This document shows positions 60,674 through 64,000 of a DNA stretch of 64,000 bases, in pieces. Under the pieces are notes generated by a model. That model did not search any database. It saw nothing but the letters and a program-made list of their open reading frames with translations, and was not told where the DNA came from. The position numbers and the translations under genes were made by a program. The DNA is from Gammaproteobacteria bacterium. Its GTDB lineage: Bacteria; Pseudomonadota; Gammaproteobacteria; GCA-001735895. Position 1 is the stretch's first letter. Each line of letters opens with the position of its first letter. The DNA is taken from positions 8,751-72,750 of the forward strand of contig JBNKUM010000098.1 of NCBI GenBank assembly GCA_050298595.1, written 5' to 3'.

Positions 60674-62014
60674 GTGGGTATATTCTCTCTATTTAAAAAG
60701 GGCAGCTTCGCGCATGGCATTCACCCGCCTGCGCATAAAGCGCTGACTGCTCATATTCCAATTCGACGGCTGGCGTTTCCGTCTGTGCTGGTGTTACCGC
60801 TATCCCAGCATATCGGCGCACCATCGCAAGCGATTGTCAAAAAAGGTCAGGAAGTGGTGCGCGGCGAACCCATCGCCATCGCCACCAGTGACCTGTCGGT
60901 ACCGATTCATGCACCAGCAACCGGTCGCATCAAGGATATTAAGCTGGTCACCACTTCACGCGGCACCAAAGACATGTCAATCATTCTGGAAGCTTATCAA
61001 GCCTCCAGCCAGGAAGTACTGTGGAGACATGACTGGCATGCGGATAGTCTCAACCGAGATGAAATGCTACTGGCGATCCAGGATACCGGACTGGTGGGTC
61101 TGGGTGGAGCGGCTTTTCCTTCGCACTTCAAGCACAATAATCCCGATGAAAAACCCGTCGATACCTTGATTGTGAATGGCTGCGAATGCGAGCCTTATCT
61201 AACCTGCGACCATCGCATGATGCTGGAATACCCAGAACAATTGATTCTCGGTATCCGTTATGCAATGAAGGCGACGGCCACCAGCAAGGCCATCATCGGC
61301 ATTGAAGACAATAAAATGGATGCGGTTAAGGTACTGCAGAAACTGCTGGTCAATGATGCCCATATCAGCGTGCAGGCGGTAGAAACCAAATACCCTCAGG
61401 GCTCGGAAAAAATGCTGATCAAATCGTTGATCAATCGCGAGGTACCGGCTGGTGGTATTCCTGCGGATATCGGGGTTGTGGTGAACAATGTCAGCACCTT
61501 GTCAGCGCTGGGGCATTTGCTACCAAAGGGTGAAGGTCTAACCGAAAGAGTTGTCACGGTTACCGGCCCAGGCATCAAGCGCCCAGGCAATTATCTGATC
61601 CCCATCGGCACGACTATTGGTTTTGTTCTCGAACAACTGGGCTACGAAGGTACGGCGAATGAATTCATTATGGGCGGTCCGATGATGGGACCCGCTGTGT
61701 CTTCGCTGGATACCCCCATTACCAAGGGCTGTTCCGGTCTACTGGTACTGGATGAGCCGAATATCCAGCATGAAAGCAAACACACCTGGCCCTGCATAAA
61801 ATGTGGTCGCTGTGTAAATGCCTGTCCAATGCACCTGAATCCTTCACAGCTCGGACTATTGGCAAGCGCCGCAGAGTTTCAAACCATGGCTGATAGCTAT
61901 AACCTGAATCACTGTTTCGAGTGTGGCTGCTGTTCTTATGTCTGCCCTTCTAACATACCGCTGGTGCAATACTTCCGCATCGCCAAAGCGATCAACCGGG
62001 AGCAGGCAGCATGA
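60674..62014 (+). CDS. rnfC: Rnf complex subunit C
   Basis: PLSQHIGAP, GLVGLGGAAFP, NGCECEPYLTCD, KYPQGSEK, CIKCGRCV.ACP and C.ECGCC.YVCP. Confidence 0.96.
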   Translation: MGIFSLFKKGSFAHGIHPPAHKALTAHIPIRRLAFPSVLVLPLSQHIGAPSQAIVKKGQEVVRGEPIAIATSDLSVPIHAPATGRIKDIKLVTTSRGTKDMSIILEAYQASSQEVLWRHDWHADSLNRDEMLLAIQDTGLVGLGGAAFPSHFKHNNPDEKPVDTLIVNGCECEPYLTCDHRMMLEYPEQLILGIRYAMKATATSKAIIGIEDNKMDAVKVLQKLLVNDAHISVQAVETKYPQGSEKMLIKSLINREVPAGGIPADIGVVVNNVSTLSALGHLLPKGEGLTERVVTVTGPGIKRPGNYLIPIGTTIGFVLEQLGYEGTANEFIMGGPMMGPAVSSLDTPITKGCSGLLVLDEPNIQHESKHTWPCIKCGRCVNACPMHLNPSQLGLLASAAEFQTMADSYNLNHCFECGCCSYVCPSNIPLVQYFRIAKAINREQAA

Positions 62015-63054
62015 GCAGGAAATCCCAGATAGAGTTAAGAACCACGCCCCATTTACACGCCCCTGATGATGTAGTCATCATCATGCGCACCGTTGTCCTG
62101 TCAATCCTGCCTATTGCTGGCTGGTCGGTGTGGCAGTTTGGTTTGAGTGCTCTGGTACTGATTGCCAGTGTAACGTTGACCTGTGTACTGACCGAAAGAC
62201 TGTTCAATTACCTGAGTCATCAAAACAACACCCTAGGTGACTGGTCGGCGATCATCACCGGCCTGTTACTGGCGCTAACCCTGCCGCCCGGCTTTCCACT
62301 CTGGATGGCATTTGTCGCTGGTTTTATCGCTATAGCCATGGGTAAGGCCATGTTCGGTGGACTGGGTATGAATATCTTCAACCCAGCTCTGGTCGGTCGA
62401 GCCTTTGTACAGGCCGCGTTTCCGGTGGCGATTACCACCTGGACACCGTCTCTTTTCGAAGGACGCTTCAACCAGTTTATTCCATCCACATTGACTATGC
62501 CGATGATGATGCCACCGGCCATGAATGAATGGAATGCCAGCGTTAGTTTTGATGCAGTGAGTTCTGCGACGCCACTTGGCTTACACAAGTTTGAACAGAT
62601 CACGACACCGATAATGGATTTGTTTATGGGCACCTCTTCTGGATCTCTGGGAGAAACCTCATCCTTGATCATCCTGCTGTGTGGTCTATTTCTGGCATTT
62701 CGCAAGATGCTGGACTGGCGCATCCCCTTCTATGTATTACTGGGGGCGGCACTTACCTCCGGTGCTCTCTACCTGATCGATGCGCAGAAATATCCTGATC
62801 CATTATTTATGCTATTTTCCGGTGGGCTGATGCTGGGCGCCTGGTTTATGGCTACAGATATGGTGGGCTCTCCGGTAACACCGCGCGGTGTAATGATTTA
62901 CGGATTGTTTATAGGTATTACAACCGTTGTTATCCGTCTGTTCGCTGGCCTTTCCGAAGGTGTGATGTACGCTATTCTACTGGCTAATGCCGCTACCCCA
63001 TTGATTGATCAATATACCCTGCCGCGGGTATTTGGCGGGAGTAAATCATCATGA
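62011..63054 (+). CDS. rnfD: Rnf complex subunit D
   Basis: K..FGGLG.NIFNPALVGR, FMN site SSATPL, GSLGETS and FMATD..SP.T. Confidence 0.96.
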   Translation: MSRKSQIELRTTPHLHAPDDVVIIMRTVVLSILPIAGWSVWQFGLSALVLIASVTLTCVLTERLFNYLSHQNNTLGDWSAIITGLLLALTLPPGFPLWMAFVAGFIAIAMGKAMFGGLGMNIFNPALVGRAFVQAAFPVAITTWTPSLFEGRFNQFIPSTLTMPMMMPPAMNEWNASVSFDAVSSATPLGLHKFEQITTPIMDLFMGTSSGSLGETSSLIILLCGLFLAFRKMLDWRIPFYVLLGAALTSGALYLIDAQKYPDPLFMLFSGGLMLGAWFMATDMVGSPVTPRGVMIYGLFIGITTVVIRLFAGLSEGVMYAILLANAATPLIDQYTLPRVFGGSKSS

Positions 63055-63761
63055 GTAGCGAAACTCAAACACCCGAATTATCAGAGGCTCAACCCAGTCC
63101 ACAACCGGATACACCCTCGGCAAAAATCATTGCCGTACTCAGTAGCATTGCCATGTTTTCCGGTTTTCTGGTAGTGCTGACCTCACAGGTAACCGCGCCC
63201 TTCATTGAAGAAAACCAACGCATCGCCATTGAGCAGGCCGTGTCTCAGGTCATCCCCGGTACCGTCAGCCACAGAGAGTATATGATTCAGGATAATCAGT
63301 TAAAGGCAGTCGAAAAAGGCACGGATAACCCGATCATCTATGCCGGTTATGATGCCGAGGGCAAGCTGAAAGGCATTGCCGCTAATGCGGGAGCACAGGG
63401 TTATGCCGGTATGGTTTATCTGCTATATGGCTATCAACCTGATTGTGAATGCATACGTGGCATCAAGGTATTAAAGATGGCGGAAACACCGGGTCTGGGT
63501 GACAAGATCATCACCGATGCCAGCTTCCAGGCCAATTTTGAGCAACTGGATGCCTCGTTAAATGCCGAGCATAGCGCACTGATTAACCCCATCGTCACCG
63601 TCAAACATGGCAGCAAAAAACATGACTGGGAAATCGATGCGATATCCGGTGCCACCATTTCATCCAAGGCCGTGGGAAAAGCGCTGAATCAATCCGCACA
63701 GTCATTACTGCCTCTGGTTCAACCTCTTCTTACGCAGTTAAACGAGGCCGGTCATGAGTAG
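63051..63761 (+). CDS. rnfG: Rnf complex subunit G
   Basis: TM anchor, GYAG, ETPGLGDKI and FMN site DAISGATISS. Confidence 0.93.
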   Translation: MSSETQTPELSEAQPSPQPDTPSAKIIAVLSSIAMFSGFLVVLTSQVTAPFIEENQRIAIEQAVSQVIPGTVSHREYMIQDNQLKAVEKGTDNPIIYAGYDAEGKLKGIAANAGAQGYAGMVYLLYGYQPDCECIRGIKVLKMAETPGLGDKIITDASFQANFEQLDASLNAEHSALINPIVTVKHGSKKHDWEIDAISGATISSKAVGKALNQSAQSLLPLVQPLLTQLNEAGHE

Positions 63762-64000
63762 ACCTCAAGACAATAGCATTACCTGGGAAACCTTTAGCGA
63801 AGGCCTGTGGGCGAACAACCCGGTGTTTGTCATGCTACTTGGCATGTGCCCGGTGCTGGCGGTAACCAATTCTGCCATCAATGCACTGGCCATGGGACTG
63901 GCGACTACCTTCGTTCTGGTCGCATCCAGCACCATCGTATCGCTGCTGGGTAAATACATCCCCAAGCAGGTACGTATCGCCACCTATATTGTCATCATCG
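63754..64000 (+). CDS. rnfE: Rnf complex subunit E, truncated at the window edge
   Basis: Not in the ORF track. Hand translation from ATG 63754 gives MSRPQDNSITWETFSEGLWANNPVFVMLLGMCPVLAVT...IPKQVRIATYIVII. Confidence 0.92.
   Translation, partial: MSRPQDNSITWETFSEGLWANNPVFVMLLGMCPVLAVTNSAINALAMGLATTFVLVASSTIVSLLGKYIPKQVRIATYIVII

Overview
Chromosomal window from a marine-type gammaproteobacterium with no mobile element or CRISPR array. Left to right it holds: a flagellar block (flgGHIJKL-fliC-flaG-fliDST, minus strand) with readable sigma54 and sigma28 promoters; an exported tandem rhodanese; queA-tgt-[CoA transferase]-yajC-secDF; tRNA-Leu(CAA); an uncharacterised three-gene operon (MlaC-like protein, MotA/ExbB-like channel, MotB/ExbD-like subunit with a very long coiled-coil stalk); a liv ABC transporter; tRNA-Arg(CCT); glnK-amtB; cysM-(apparently inactive 3'-5' exonuclease)-rlmD; a TonB receptor-periplasmic binding protein-BarA/GacS kinase operon; the conserved rpoE-rseABC-mucD-lepAB-rnc-era-recO-pdxJ-acpS/nadB block; and a divergent LysR gene followed by an rnfB-[1646 aa PFOR]-rnfCDGE operon running off the right edge. 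The best candidates for undescribed biology are the MlaC-linked long-stalk ion motor, the PFOR embedded in the Rnf operon, the TonB receptor-GacS signalling cassette, the pseudo-exonuclease, and a GGCAAGTCCT motif hidden in flaG and flgJ coding sequence. All assignments come from motif recognition by eye; no database searches were run.
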